This document shows, piece by piece, positions 17,573 through 27,760 of a stretch of 64,000 nucleotides of DNA; the stretch's first letter is position 1, and each line of letters opens with the position of its first letter. Both the position numbers and the translations under genes were made by a program. This stretch comes from Novosphingobium sp. GTDB lineage: Bacteria > Pseudomonadota > Alphaproteobacteria > Sphingomonadales > Sphingomonadaceae. The stretch covers positions 65,482-129,481 of the forward strand of contig NZ_JANPGP010000070.1 of assembly GCF_031424035.1 (NCBI RefSeq). Reading direction: 5' to 3'. Under the pieces are notes generated by a model that saw only the letters and a program-made list of their open reading frames with translations, searched no databases and was not told the DNA's origin.

Positions 17573-19648
17573 TTACCCTTGCGCGGCCTTCTTCTCCAGC
17601 CGGAAGCGGTGAAGCAGCGGCTCGGTATAGCCGTTCGGCTGGCTGAGCCCTTCGAATACCAGCGCCCGCGCGGCCTTCAGGGCAATACTGTCCCCCTCCA
17701 GCTTTTCGTAGAGCGGATCGCCGGCGTTCTGCGCGTCGACCTTGGCCGCCATCTTGGCGAAAGCGGCATCGACCTGGTCCTTGGTGCAAACGCCGTGATG
17801 GAGCCAGTTCGCCATGTGCTGGCTGGAAATGCGCAGCGTTGCCCGGTCTTCCATCAGGCCCACGTCGTGAATGTCCGGCACCTTGGAGCAGCCGATGCCT
17901 TGATCGATCCAGCGCACAACATAGCCGAGGATACCCTGCGCGTTGTTTTCCAGTTCCTCCCGTACGTCCTCGTCGGCCCAGTTGTGACCGAGCGGCGCGG
18001 CGGGGATCGTTAGTAGAGCATCGAGGCCCGGCGTCGGTTGGCTGGCGAGTTCCTTCTGCACGGCGAACACATCAAGCTGGTGGTAATGCATCGCATGGAG
18101 CGTTGCTGCGGTGGGCGAAGGGACCCAGGCCGTGTTGGCGCCTGCCTTGGGATGGCCGATCTTCTGGACCATCATGTCACGCATCATGTCAGGTGCGGCC
18201 CACATGCCCTTGCCGATCTGCGCCTTGCCCGAAAGCCCGCAGCCAAGCCCGATCTGGACGTTGCGCGCTTCATAAGCCGTGATCCAGGCGCTCGATTTCA
18301 TCGCCGCCTTGCGGATCATCGGGCCGGCCTGCATCGCGGTGTGCATCTCGTCGCCAGTGCGGTCGAGGAAGCCGGTGTTGATGAAGACGATGCGGTCCTT
18401 CACCGCATGAATGCATGCGGCAAGGTTGGCGCTGGTGCGGCGCTCTTCGTCCATCACGCCGACTTTTACGGTGTGACGGGGAAGGCCGAGCACGTCTTCG
18501 ACCGCGTCGAACAGGTCATTGGTGAATTTGCATTCGTCCGGCCCGTGCTGCTTCGGCTTGACGATGTAGATGCTGCCTTTGCGGCTGTTGCGATGGGTGC
18601 CGAGCTGCTTGAGATCGTGCACGCCGCAGAGCGAAGTGACCAGCGCGTCGAGCACGCCTTCGGGGATTTCCGAGCCATCTGCCAGCAGCACTGCCGGGTT
18701 GGTCATCAGGTGGCCGACATTGCGGACGAACAGCAGCGAGCGGCCATGCAGGCTGAACGAAGCGCCGTCCGCCGTGGTCCATTCCCGGTCGCCTTCCAGT
18801 GTGCGGGTCATGGTCTTTCCGCCCTTCTGGAAGCTGGCGGTCAGGTCGCCGCGCATTAGGCCGAGCCAGTTTCTATAGCCGAGCACCTTGTCCTCCGCAT
18901 CGACGGCGGCGACCGAATCCTCAAGGTCGATGATCGCGGTCAGCGCTGCTTCGAGCACGACATCGGAAATGCCCAGCGGGTCTTCCATGCCGATGGGATG
19001 GTCGCGGTCGATCACCAGTTCGATGTGCAGGCCGTTGTGCGTGAACAGCACGCCGCCGTCCTTGGCGGCGTATTCATAGGGGCAATCGCCGCCGGTCAGC
19101 GCGGCTTCCCAGCCGGGAATCGCGGCGTTGAGGAAGGTCCGCGCCGCTGCGATCACTGCAGCGCCGCGCACCTTGTCATAGCCGCCGCCTGTCGCAGGCG
19201 CAGCGTCAAGTGCATCGGTGCCGTAATAGGCGTCATACAGGCTACCCCAGCGCGCATTGGCGGCGTTGAGCACGAAGCGGTCATTGAGCGCAGGGACGAC
19301 GAGCTGCGGCCCAGCCATCGTCGCAACTTCCACGTCGACGTTAGTCGTGCCGATGGAAAAGAGTGCAGGTTCGGCCACCAGATAGCCGATCTCGCGAAGG
19401 AACGCCTGATACCCCGCCATGTCGGCAATCGGGCCGGGGTTGGCACGGTGCCATGTGTCGATCTGCGCCTGCAACAGATCGCGCCGGGCGAGCAATTCAC
19501 GGTTTCGCGGCACAAAGCGGTCCGTGATCGCGGCAAGTCCGCTCCAGAAAGTTTCGGCGCTTACACCAGTGCCGGGCAGGGCCTTGGCTTCGATGAACTG
19601 GGCGAGCTCGTCTGCCACCTGCAGACCGGCGCGGTTCTGGTACGTCAT
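17573..19648 (-). CDS. glcB: Malate synthase G
   Basis: [75 protein letters not shown] at 19648 after GAGG. Confidence 0.96.
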   Translation of the reverse strand: MTYQNRAGLQVADELAQFIEAKALPGTGVSAETFWSGLAAITDRFVPRNRELLARRDLLQAQIDTWHRANPGPIADMAGYQAFLREIGYLVAEPALFSIGTTNVDVEVATMAGPQLVVPALNDRFVLNAANARWGSLYDAYYGTDALDAAPATGGGYDKVRGAAVIAAARTFLNAAIPGWEAALTGGDCPYEYAAKDGGVLFTHNGLHIELVIDRDHPIGMEDPLGISDVVLEAALTAIIDLEDSVAAVDAEDKVLGYRNWLGLMRGDLTASFQKGGKTMTRTLEGDREWTTADGASFSLHGRSLLFVRNVGHLMTNPAVLLADGSEIPEGVLDALVTSLCGVHDLKQLGTHRNSRKGSIYIVKPKQHGPDECKFTNDLFDAVEDVLGLPRHTVKVGVMDEERRTSANLAACIHAVKDRIVFINTGFLDRTGDEMHTAMQAGPMIRKAAMKSSAWITAYEARNVQIGLGCGLSGKAQIGKGMWAAPDMMRDMMVQKIGHPKAGANTAWVPSPTAATLHAMHYHQLDVFAVQKELASQPTPGLDALLTIPAAPLGHNWADEDVREELENNAQGILGYVVRWIDQGIGCSKVPDIHDVGLMEDRATLRISSQHMANWLHHGVCTKDQVDAAFAKMAAKVDAQNAGDPLYEKLEGDSIALKAARALVFEGLSQPNGYTEPLLHRFRLEKKAAQG

Positions 19649-19765
19649 GTGGACCTTCCTCACTAGATTGGCGGAGCGACGGCTCATGGCCGCACCCAAC
19701 TTGAATTGCCGTATCCGGGGAGGAACGGCGCGCCTATGCCTTAATCGCCGGGCGATTTCCAGTGC

Positions 19766-20566
19766 CTATTCGCCAGTAAAATTGCCCGGCCGCTTGTTCA
19801 GGAAGGCGTCGATCGCCTCGTGATGATCTGCGGTGTGGTGCGACAGAGCTTGGAAAGCGGCGGCCATCTGCTGCAGCGTTTCGAGTTTCACGTCCGCCCC
19901 TTCGCGCATCAGCCGCTTGGCCAGGCGCGTGGCGTGGCCGGGATTGGCGGCGATGCGCCGCGCCACTTCGACTGCGCGGGCGCGGAGGCCAGCAGCGGGT
20001 ACGACTTCGGCGACAAGGCCGTATTCCAGTGCCTTGGCCGCATCGATCGCGTCGCCGGTCAGCGTCATCAGTGCCGCGCGCTGAGGGCCGATCAAACGCG
20101 GAAGCAACCATGCCCCGCCGCCGCCGGGAATGATGCCGAGCTTGACGTAACTCTCCGCGACGACCGCCGTATCGGCCATCAGGCGGATGTCGGCCATGCA
20201 GGCGATGTCGAGACCCAGGCCGATTGCCGGGCCGTTGATCGCGGCGATGATCGGCACCTCCAGTTCGGTCAGCGCCGGGCCGACCATCTGGAAGCTGGTG
20301 CGATAGGAATTGCGGATCTGGTAAGGCGAACCGGCGAACATCCCGCCGCGTTCCTGCATATCCTTGACGTTGCCACCGGCGCAGAACGCTTTGCCGGCAC
20401 CGGTCAGCACAATCGCGCGGACGGTGCGGTCGCGGGTCATGGCGTGGCTGAAGGCGACGATTTCCTCGGCCTGTTCGGCACGGGTGATGGTGTTGCGGTC
20501 GTCGGGCCGGTTGAACGTGGCGATGACCACGGGTCCATCGCGTTCGACAAGCAGGAAGGGCTCCAT
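19766..20566 (-). CDS. Enoyl-CoA hydratase/isomerase (crotonase) family protein
   Basis: FCAGGNVKDM, AAINGPAIGLG, LGIIPGGGG. Confidence 0.9.
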   Translation of the reverse strand: MEPFLLVERDGPVVIATFNRPDDRNTITRAEQAEEIVAFSHAMTRDRTVRAIVLTGAGKAFCAGGNVKDMQERGGMFAGSPYQIRNSYRTSFQMVGPALTELEVPIIAAINGPAIGLGLDIACMADIRLMADTAVVAESYVKLGIIPGGGGAWLLPRLIGPQRAALMTLTGDAIDAAKALEYGLVAEVVPAAGLRARAVEVARRIAANPGHATRLAKRLMREGADVKLETLQQMAAAFQALSHHTADHHEAIDAFLNKRPGNFTGE

Positions 20567-20695
20567 CGGATGTTCTTTCGCTGATTCGTTCGAACCTTGG
20601 TCGATAGGCTATTGGCGAGACGCTGCAAGGCGCGGGCGTCCGGAAGCTTTGCCCTGATACTTTGCTTTGAAACGCACATGCGCCATGAATGCGCC

Positions 20696-21643
20696 ATGTC
20701 TGCACCGCGCTTGCTCGTCACCCGTGCCATGCCCCCGCTTGTCGAGGAGCGGATTCATGCCATGCAAGTCGATCCGGTCTTTGTGACGGGGCCGCTTTCC
20801 CCTGAGGATCTGCAAGCGGCGCTGCGGGACTTCGACCTGCTGCTGCCGACGATCACGGACAAGTTTGGCGCCAATCTGCTCACGTCCAATGTGCGGGTGC
20901 GGCTGATTGCCAATTTCGGTGCAGGCGTGGAACACATCGATATTGCCGCAGCAGAAGCTGCCGGGATCGCCGTAACGAACACCCCCGACGCGCTGACAGA
21001 CGCGACCGCCGAACTCGCGCTCACCCTTATGCTCATGGCCATGCGCCGCGCGGCCGAGGGCGAGCGGGTGGTGCGCGCAGGCGGCTGGAAGGGTTGGGGC
21101 CCAACGGCGATGCTGGGGCAGGGGCTTTCGGGCAAGCTGCTTGGCCTGGTCGGCTATGGCCGGATTGCCAAGGTCACTGCGGCGCGGGCGCGGGCGTTCG
21201 GAATGCGGATCGCCTGCTTTTCGCGCTCTCCGGTGAGCGATCCCGATGTGCAGCAATTCGCCTCGCTCGAAGACCTGCTGGCAGAGGCGGACGTTGTCTC
21301 GCTACACATTCCGGGAGGCGAGGCAACCCGGCACTTGATCAATGCGGAGCGGCTGGCGCGGATGAGGTCCAGCGCTGTGCTGGTGAATACCGCGCGGGGT
21401 TCGTTGGTCGATGAAGCCGCGCTTGCCGAGGCGCTCTCCGCGCGGCGCATCTACGCTGCCGGTCTCGACGTGTTCGAGGCGGAGCCGAAAGTCCACCCGG
21501 CGCTGCTTACCTGCGAAAACGCCGTCCTGCTGCCGCATCTCGGCTCGGCAACGATCGAGACACGCACCGCGATGGGCATGCAGGCGCTCGACAATATCGA
21601 TGCCTGGCTCGCGGGGCGGGACTTGCCGAACCGTGTCGCCTGA
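20696..21643 (+). CDS. D-2-hydroxyacid dehydrogenase (glyoxylate/hydroxypyruvate reductase, GyaR-like)
   Basis: VTNTPD, GYGRIA, LVNTARG, GLDVFEAEP, LPHLGSAT; ATG at 20696. Confidence 0.9.
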   Translation: MSAPRLLVTRAMPPLVEERIHAMQVDPVFVTGPLSPEDLQAALRDFDLLLPTITDKFGANLLTSNVRVRLIANFGAGVEHIDIAAAEAAGIAVTNTPDALTDATAELALTLMLMAMRRAAEGERVVRAGGWKGWGPTAMLGQGLSGKLLGLVGYGRIAKVTAARARAFGMRIACFSRSPVSDPDVQQFASLEDLLAEADVVSLHIPGGEATRHLINAERLARMRSSAVLVNTARGSLVDEAALAEALSARRIYAAGLDVFEAEPKVHPALLTCENAVLLPHLGSATIETRTAMGMQALDNIDAWLAGRDLPNRVA

Positions 21644-22430
21644 ACTGGACCTGCTGGCAGCGGTCCTCGGCCTGATTGACGCGCGCTTGCCGGATCACCC
21701 CGGGCCATTCGTGCTGAGCGTCAGCGGTTCGCAGGGCTCGGGAAAGTCCACGCTGGCGAAAGCCGTGGCGGCTGACCTTCGCAGCCGGGGGGTGGCGAGC
21801 GAAGTTCTGTCGATAGACGACCTTTATCTGTCCAGCGCAGCGCGGAGAAAACTGGCGGCCGAGGTCCATCCGCTGCTGGCTACGCGCGGGGTGCCGGGAA
21901 CCCATGATGTGGGGCTGGGTCTGTCCGTATTTGCCGCGCTTGACGCGGGCGAGCCGGTTCGGCTGCCGCGCTTTGACAAGGCCAGCGATGACCTGCGAGG
22001 GCAGGCGGAATGGCCGGAAGTTTCCGCGCTCAGGGTTCTGGTTTTTGAAGGCTGGTGTGTTGGCGCAGGACCTCAGCCCGATTCATCGCTGACCGTACCC
22101 GTGAACGTGCTGGAAGCGGATGAGGATCCGGATGGCGCGTGGCGCAGCTTCGTCAACACGCAACTCGGCTTGGCCTATCAGGAACTGTTCGCCCGGATCG
22201 ATGCACAGGTTTTCCTCGCCGCCCCTGCCTTTTCGGTCGTCAAAGATTGGCGACTCCAGCAAGAACTCGAGATCGCCGGGCAGGGCCAAGCGGTGATGGA
22301 CGAAGCCGGCATCGCCCGCTTTGTCCAGTTCTACCAACGCCTGACCGAATGGATGATCGAGGACATACCGCACCGCGCCGACCTGACGGCGAGGATCGAC
22401 CAGAATCGCCGCGTCCTCTCAATCACTTAG
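21633..22430 (+). CDS. P-loop kinase, D-glycerate 3-kinase (GLYK/Tda10)-like
   Basis: GSQGSGKST, SIDDLYL, RGVPGTHD, PRFDKASDD, FEGWCVG, WRLQQE. Probable GTG start at 21633 overlapping the upstream gene end. Confidence 0.75.
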   Translation: MSPELDLLAAVLGLIDARLPDHPGPFVLSVSGSQGSGKSTLAKAVAADLRSRGVASEVLSIDDLYLSSAARRKLAAEVHPLLATRGVPGTHDVGLGLSVFAALDAGEPVRLPRFDKASDDLRGQAEWPEVSALRVLVFEGWCVGAGPQPDSSLTVPVNVLEADEDPDGAWRSFVNTQLGLAYQELFARIDAQVFLAAPAFSVVKDWRLQQELEIAGQGQAVMDEAGIARFVQFYQRLTEWMIEDIPHRADLTARIDQNRRVLSIT

Positions 22431-22972
22431 TCCGGTTTGGCGTGTAGCCAATCGGCGTGCCGCGGTGCCTTCTTCGTCTGGCTCCATTCCTCCAGCATCG
22501 GCCGCGCGACCTTTTCCAGCTCGGCATATTGTTCGGCCGTGCCGATATCGGCGGCGAGTTCGATGCGGTGGCCATTGGGATCGAAGAAGTAGATCGACTG
22601 GAAAATGCCGTGCCATGTGGGGCCAAGCACGTCGATGCCCTGCGCCTCGATATGCATCTTGGCGTCGAGCAATGCCTCAAGGCTCGGCACCTTGAACGCG
22701 AGATGCTGCACCCACGCCGGGGTGTTCGGATCGCTACCCATCGCCGGCTGATTGGGCAGTTCGAAAAAGGCCAGCACGTTGCCGTTTCCGGCATTCAGGA
22801 ACACGTGCATGTAGGGATCGTAAGCGCCGGTCGACGGCACGTGATCCTCGGCAAAGGCGGTGACATATTTCATGCCCAGCACGCGTTCGTACCACTCGAC
22901 TGTCTCGGCGGCGTCTCTGCAGCGATAGGCGACATGGTGAATGCCCCCGAGGGCTACCGGATGCCCGCTCAT
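22427..22972 (-). CDS. VOC/glyoxalase family protein
   Basis: [26 protein letters not shown]; coupled to hppD by an ATGA overlap. Confidence 0.85.
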   Translation of the reverse strand: MSGHPVALGGIHHVAYRCRDAAETVEWYERVLGMKYVTAFAEDHVPSTGAYDPYMHVFLNAGNGNVLAFFELPNQPAMGSDPNTPAWVQHLAFKVPSLEALLDAKMHIEAQGIDVLGPTWHGIFQSIYFFDPNGHRIELAADIGTAEQYAELEKVARPMLEEWSQTKKAPRHADWLHAKPD

Positions 22973-24084
22973 GATGCCTGCTCCTCGACCTTCAGGGTGC
23001 CGCGCCGCAGCTGGTCGGCTTCCATCGACTTGAACAGCGCGGTGAAATTACCTTCGCCGAAGCCTTCATCCTTCTTGCGCTGGATGAATTCGAAGAACAC
23101 CGGGCCGATCGCAGGCTGGCCGAAGATCTGCAACAGCAGGCGCGGGTCGCCGGCCTCGGTCGATCCATCGACAAGGATGCCGCGCGATTGCAGTTGATCG
23201 ACTGGCTCGCCGTGGCCGGGGAGGCGGTCGGCCAGCATCTCGTAATAGGTTGCGGGCGGGGCAGGGACGAACCTGTTGCCGCTCGCCTTCAGGCGGTCCC
23301 ATGTGTCGTAAAGATCGTCGCAGGAGAAGGCGATGTGCTGGATGCCTTCGCCATTATAGGCGCGCAGGTATTCCTCGATTTGGCCCCCACCTTTCGACTT
23401 ACCATCGCCGGCGCCTTCTTCGTTGAGCGGGATGCGGATCAGGCCATCGGGGGCGGTCATCGCCTTGCTGGTGAGGCCGGTATATTCGCCCTTGATGTCG
23501 AAATAGCGGATCTCGCGAAAGTTGAAGACGCGCTCGTAGAATGACGCCCAGTGCGCCATGCGCCCGCCATAAACGTTGTGGGTGAGGTGATCGATCACCT
23601 TCAGCCCCGCGCCGACCGGGTGGCGATCGACGCCGGGAAGATAGACGAAATCGATGTCGTAGATCGACAGGTCGCGGGCTTCCTGCCCTTCGAAACGGTC
23701 GATCAGGTAGATGATCGAGCCGCCGATGCCGCGGATCGCGGGCAAGCGCAGTTCCATCGGGCCGGTGCGCATTTCGACCGGTTCGGCCCCTCGTTCGAGC
23801 GCGCGGGCATAGGCGAGCGCGGCGTCCTTGACCCGCCAGCCCATGCCGCAGGCCGATGCGCCGTGCTCGGCGGCGAACCATGCGGCGGGGCTGCGCGGTT
23901 CGTAATTGGCGATGAGGTTGATACCGCCCTGTCGCCACAGCTGCACGTCTTTCGAGCGGTGCTGCGCGATCAGGGTGAAGCCCATACCGGCGAAGACCTG
24001 TTCGAGAATGCCCTTTTCGGGCGCGCAAAACTCGACGAATTCGAACCCGGCAAGGCCGATGGGGTTTTCGAACAGGTCAGTCAT
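22969..24084 (-). CDS. hppD: 4-hydroxyphenylpyruvate dioxygenase
   Basis: [39 protein letters not shown]. Confidence 0.96.
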   Translation of the reverse strand: MTDLFENPIGLAGFEFVEFCAPEKGILEQVFAGMGFTLIAQHRSKDVQLWRQGGINLIANYEPRSPAAWFAAEHGASACGMGWRVKDAALAYARALERGAEPVEMRTGPMELRLPAIRGIGGSIIYLIDRFEGQEARDLSIYDIDFVYLPGVDRHPVGAGLKVIDHLTHNVYGGRMAHWASFYERVFNFREIRYFDIKGEYTGLTSKAMTAPDGLIRIPLNEEGAGDGKSKGGGQIEEYLRAYNGEGIQHIAFSCDDLYDTWDRLKASGNRFVPAPPATYYEMLADRLPGHGEPVDQLQSRGILVDGSTEAGDPRLLLQIFGQPAIGPVFFEFIQRKKDEGFGEGNFTALFKSMEADQLRRGTLKVEEQAS

Positions 24085-24096
24085 GGTAGGGATCCG

Positions 24097-24143
24097 ATAT
24101 GGTTTCGTGTGAAACTATATCGGTAAAAGGGGGCTTGTGTCAA
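24097..24143 (-). promoter_or_regulatory. Sigma-70 promoter of hppD with overlapping palindromic operator
   Basis: Minus strand TTGACA (24143-24138), 18 nt, TATAGT (24119-24114). Palindrome ATATGGTTTC-gtgt-GAAACTATAT at 24097-24120. Confidence 0.7.
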
Positions 24144-24182
24144 GGCGCGGCGAAGCGAACGATCGGATTCGGAAAATCTCAT

Positions 24183-24290
24183 CGTCATTCCCGCGAAGGC
24201 GGGAACCCATCTCCCGCGCTTGCGATCCAGCAAAAGGTGGCGGCAATACGCAACCTTCGGAGATGGGTTCCCGCCTTCGCGGGAATGACG
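24183..24290. repeat. CGTC-tagged REP-like inverted doublet
   Basis: Perfect 32-bp inverted repeat CGTCATTCCCGCGAAGGCGGGAACCCATCTCC (24183-24214 and 24259-24290) with a 44-nt spacer. Confidence 0.9.
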
Positions 24291-24300
24291 GAAGTGGTAT

Positions 24301-25110
24301 TTAAAGCGGCTTGCCGGTCGCCGCACTCAAGAAGGGTTCTGCCGCAGTCCGCAGCAGGCCCGCGTTTTCATCCCCGGGCAGGATATCGCGCAGCAGGTTG
24401 GTATCCTTGGCCAGCAGCGGCGCGCCCATGGCAAAGGCAGCCGGCGAAGGCAGGCGGGCAAGCACTTCGAAGCCGAAGCTGCGCCCGCTCGATGCCTTGA
24501 TCAGCTCGGCGAGCGCTTTGCGGTCGATCCCCAACGCCTCGCCGGCATCTAGCGCGGCCTGGCCGAGGCCCATGTTGGCCGCCATCAGCGTATTGTTGAC
24601 GATCTTGGCACGCTGGCCGGAACCTGCCGGGCCGAGGTGGACGTTAAGCCCCGCGAAGGTGGCAAAAACCGGGCTGGCTTGCGCAAAGGCCTCGGCGCTG
24701 CCGCCGCACATCACGGTCAATGTTCCCGCCGCCGCTCCGCCCCCGCCGCCGCTCACCGGCGCATCTAGGAAGGCAATGCCGCGTTCCGCGCAGCGCGTTT
24801 CGAGCGCCACGCAGCTTTCGGGCAGGATGGTCGAATGGATCGCCAGCAGGCTGCCGGGACGCATCGCGGGGATCAGGGCATCGCAGATTTGCGCAACGCC
24901 GGCATCGTCCACCACGCAGACGCCGATATGATCGCAGCTTGCCGCGAGGTCTTCGACCGAAGCCGCCACGATCGCGCCCTGCGCCGCGAACGGTTCAAGC
25001 GCTTCGGGTCGCCGTGCCCAGACGGTCAACGGATAGCCGCCCGCCAGCATACGCTCCGCCATCGGGCCGCCTTGGCTGCCGAGACCGATGAATCCCGTGG
25101 TAATGCTCAT
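24301..25110 (-). CDS. NAD(P)-dependent beta-hydroxyacid dehydrogenase family oxidoreductase
   Basis: GFIGLGSQGGPMA, LDAPVSGG, catalytic Lys in AKIVNN; ATG at 25110. Confidence 0.88.
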   Translation of the reverse strand: MSITTGFIGLGSQGGPMAERMLAGGYPLTVWARRPEALEPFAAQGAIVAASVEDLAASCDHIGVCVVDDAGVAQICDALIPAMRPGSLLAIHSTILPESCVALETRCAERGIAFLDAPVSGGGGGAAAGTLTVMCGGSAEAFAQASPVFATFAGLNVHLGPAGSGQRAKIVNNTLMAANMGLGQAALDAGEALGIDRKALAELIKASSGRSFGFEVLARLPSPAAFAMGAPLLAKDTNLLRDILPGDENAGLLRTAAEPFLSAATGKPL

Positions 25111-25859
25111 CCGGCCGTGATCCCCGCGTCGATGTTGATGCATGCCCCGTGGAAACCGCGCCCGGCGTCGGAGGCGAGCAGGGCAATCATGTCGGCCACG
25201 TCATCCACTTCCACCACGCCGCGCAGGCCGGAGAAGCGCTTGATCAGATCGAAATCGCAGCCTTCAGGCGGCACGAAATTGGCGGCGATGTTGGTCACCA
25301 TGCCGCCCGGAGCGACGGCGTTGATCCGGATCGGCTTTTTCGAATATTCCATCGCCATCGCCTTGGTCATGCCGACCACGCCCCACTTGCTGGCGCAATA
25401 GGCGGCAGCATAGGCCTCGCCGATGAAGGCCGCTGAACTGGCGACATTGACGATCGCGCCGTTCACTTCGAGCAGGTATGGGATCGCAGCGGCCGACAGG
25501 TGGAACACCGCGTTGAGGTTCACCGAGATTGTCCGCTCAAACTGGTCGAGCGGCATTTGCGGCGTATTGGCAAGGTAGATCAGCCCCGCAACATTGCATA
25601 GCGCATCAAGCCGGCCAAAGCGCGTATGTGCCGCCTCTACAGCGGCGCGGCAGGCGGCAGCGTCCGACAGGTCGACCGGACTGATTTCCACCTCGACACC
25701 TTCCAGCATCGCCGCAGTTTCAAAAAGGCCTGCCGCGTTGACGTCGATCAGGAACAGGTTAGCACCCGCCTTCGCCAGCCGCAGCGCAGTCGCCCGGCCA
25801 AGTCCCGAGGCCGCGCCAGTTACCAGCGCGGCTTTGCCTGTCATGTCGATATCGGCCAT
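25107..25859 (-). CDS. Short-chain dehydrogenase/reductase
   Basis: TGAASGLG, NVAG, YCASK, INAVAPG. Confidence 0.92.
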   Translation of the reverse strand: MADIDMTGKAALVTGAASGLGRATALRLAKAGANLFLIDVNAAGLFETAAMLEGVEVEISPVDLSDAAACRAAVEAAHTRFGRLDALCNVAGLIYLANTPQMPLDQFERTISVNLNAVFHLSAAAIPYLLEVNGAIVNVASSAAFIGEAYAAAYCASKWGVVGMTKAMAMEYSKKPIRINAVAPGGMVTNIAANFVPPEGCDFDLIKRFSGLRGVVEVDDVADMIALLASDAGRGFHGACINIDAGITAG

Positions 25860-25863
25860 CAGT

Positions 25864-26658
25864 TTACCCGTTCCATCCCAGTCCCATTTCGAAATTGCGC
25901 GTCATGGCAAAGACCGCGCCTTGGATCACCGATGCCTTGGGCCAGCCGGCGTGGATGCCATAAGCGAGGACGAATTCCTGCATCTCTGCCGGCTTGCAAT
26001 TGCCGCTCGCCATGGCGGCGTAGATGTGGCTCTTGATCGGCGTTTCTGCGCAGCTTTCGCAGACACCCACCAGCGTCAGCCAGCGACGCGAGCGTTCATC
26101 AAGCGCGCGGCGGTTCCACATTTCACCGAACACGAAGTTGCGGATCGCCTCAAGGTATGGGGTTTCACCGCCGCCGCCGGCGAAGGTCATGACCTTCATG
26201 AATTCGTTGCCGCCAAAGTCGCCGCGCGCGCGCTGGTCCCACGGTTCGCCGCGGATCGGGGCGCAGGGCTCGTCAACCAGCTTGAGTGCCTTGACCGCCT
26301 TGGTGATCGCGGCATCGACATGCCCGCCGCGCGACCAGCCGCCATAGACAGACAGGTGCAGCGCAGCTTCGCGCATTTCGACCACCGACAGGATCTTCGA
26401 TTTCAGCGCGCCGTGGACATAGCCGTAAAGATGGCCGTCCTCACCGCTGCTCAACGCCGCGCCGGCAATGGCGACGAGATAGCGCGCGCGCCGGTCCAGC
26501 CCTTCGCGCGACCAGACTTCGGCAAAGATGAAATCGCGCCAGGACTGGTCATGGGGCGTGACCGCCTTGCCCGGTTTGAGCCCGGTAACCTCATGGTGCA
26601 GTGCTTCGCCGCGCGCGGAACGCTCAGCCGGATCGAGCAGGTTGGTGCCCTGGTACAT
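25864..26658 (-). CDS. Carboxymuconolactone decarboxylase (CMD/AhpD-like) family protein with two tandem domains
   Basis: Repeated units FIFAEVWSREGLDRRAR...YGGWSRG and FVFGEMWNRRALDERSR...HAGWPKA. Confidence 0.8.
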   Translation of the reverse strand: MYQGTNLLDPAERSARGEALHHEVTGLKPGKAVTPHDQSWRDFIFAEVWSREGLDRRARYLVAIAGAALSSGEDGHLYGYVHGALKSKILSVVEMREAALHLSVYGGWSRGGHVDAAITKAVKALKLVDEPCAPIRGEPWDQRARGDFGGNEFMKVMTFAGGGGETPYLEAIRNFVFGEMWNRRALDERSRRWLTLVGVCESCAETPIKSHIYAAMASGNCKPAEMQEFVLAYGIHAGWPKASVIQGAVFAMTRNFEMGLGWNG

Positions 26659-26764
26659 TATGATTTCCCCCGAAGGTAATTGCGATGGGGATAGCGTGAC
26701 GGGGAATGGTGAAGCAAAGGCAAACAGACGCGCCGCCGCGATGTAAATCTGTGCCTAGATTTGC

Positions 26765-27229
26765 CTAGTATTTCTCGCCCAACTTCGAATGATCCCAGCT
26801 GATCATGCGGAACGGGGTCAGCCGCAGGACCACGCGCTTGGCATAGGAGGCGCGGATCTGTTCCTGCGCCTCTTCGGTGTGCGGGCGCGGATTGGCGCTG
26901 CGAATGTACTGCATGGCTGCGCGCATCGGCTCGAAATCGCGGATGATTTCGACATTGCACTGGGCCATGACCGACTTGATTTCGTGATAGGCCTTGCCGG
27001 TTTCCACCGAGATCGTCGCGCGCGGATCGCGCTCGCAGTTCACCACCTTCTGCGCCTTGGCGAAGGAGGAGATGACGATGCGCCCTTCCGGATCGACGCC
27101 GTAATACAGCGTCACCATGTGCGGCATCCCGTCCTTGCTGATCGTGCCCAGCACCGTCTTGCATTCGGAGCGCAGGAATTCGATCGCTTCCGCGTCGCTC
27201 ATTCGGATGAGATCGCGGCGGCTGGGCAT
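26765..27229 (-). CDS. Pyridoxamine 5'-phosphate oxidase (PPOX)-like split-barrel flavin/deazaflavin-binding protein
   Basis: LGTISKDGMPH, KAQKVVNCERDPRATISVE, ISWDHSKL; ATG at 27229. Confidence 0.8.
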   Translation of the reverse strand: MPSRRDLIRMSDAEAIEFLRSECKTVLGTISKDGMPHMVTLYYGVDPEGRIVISSFAKAQKVVNCERDPRATISVETGKAYHEIKSVMAQCNVEIIRDFEPMRAAMQYIRSANPRPHTEEAQEQIRASYAKRVVLRLTPFRMISWDHSKLGEKY

Positions 27230-27687
27230 CAGACGGCTGCGGGAGAGGGTTTGAGCAACACGGTGCGCGTCATAGACAGCGCCGTTTCGCCGCGCTGGTT
27301 GGTCAGCGTGTGCTGGAACACGACAATGCCTTGCCCGGGACGCGACTTGCTCTCGCGCTTCTCGAGCACTTCGGTGTGGCAAGTGAGGGTGTCGCCAATG
27401 AAAGTCGGCTTGGGCGTCACCACCTTGTCGAACCCGAGGTTGGCGACCAGTGTCCCGACCGTGGTGTCAGCGATCGACAGGCCAACCGCCAGGCTGAAGG
27501 TGAAGGTCGAGTTGACGAGGATCTGACCGAATTCGCTCGCCTTTGCGTATTCAGCATCAAGGTGCAGCGGCTGCATGTTGTGCGTCATGGCGCTGAACAT
27601 CAGGTTGTCAGTCTCGGTGACCGTGCGGCTGGGCTGATGAGTGATCATATCACCGATCTGCCATTGATCGAAGTAGCGTCCGGGCAT
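27229..27687 (-). CDS. MaoC family (R)-specific enoyl-CoA hydratase
   Basis: RTVTETDNLMFSAMTHNMQPLHLD, VANLGF...PTFIGDTL; ATG at 27687 after GAGG. Confidence 0.88.
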   Translation of the reverse strand: MPGRYFDQWQIGDMITHQPSRTVTETDNLMFSAMTHNMQPLHLDAEYAKASEFGQILVNSTFTFSLAVGLSIADTTVGTLVANLGFDKVVTPKPTFIGDTLTCHTEVLEKRESKSRPGQGIVVFQHTLTNQRGETALSMTRTVLLKPSPAAV

Positions 27688-27716
27688 TTCCAGTTCCTCA
27701 AACAAACATCAATTCA

Positions 27717-27747
27717 TCGTCATCCTGAACCAGGTTCAGGATGACGA
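27717..27747. repeat. CGTC-tagged palindromic repeat (single hairpin)
   Basis: TCGTCATCCTGAACC-A-GGTTCAGGATGACGA, 15-bp perfect arms. Confidence 0.8.
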
Positions 27748-27760
27748 ATTGGACGGGCAG

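Noticed and set aside
21411-21632. 339-aa long form of the kinase ORF
   Set aside because: The extension lies within the upstream dehydrogenase gene; the GTG at 21633 is more plausible
24081-24326. 81-aa ORF containing RHSREGGNP and WVPAFAGMT
   Set aside because: These peptides are translations of the CGTC REP doublet, not a gene
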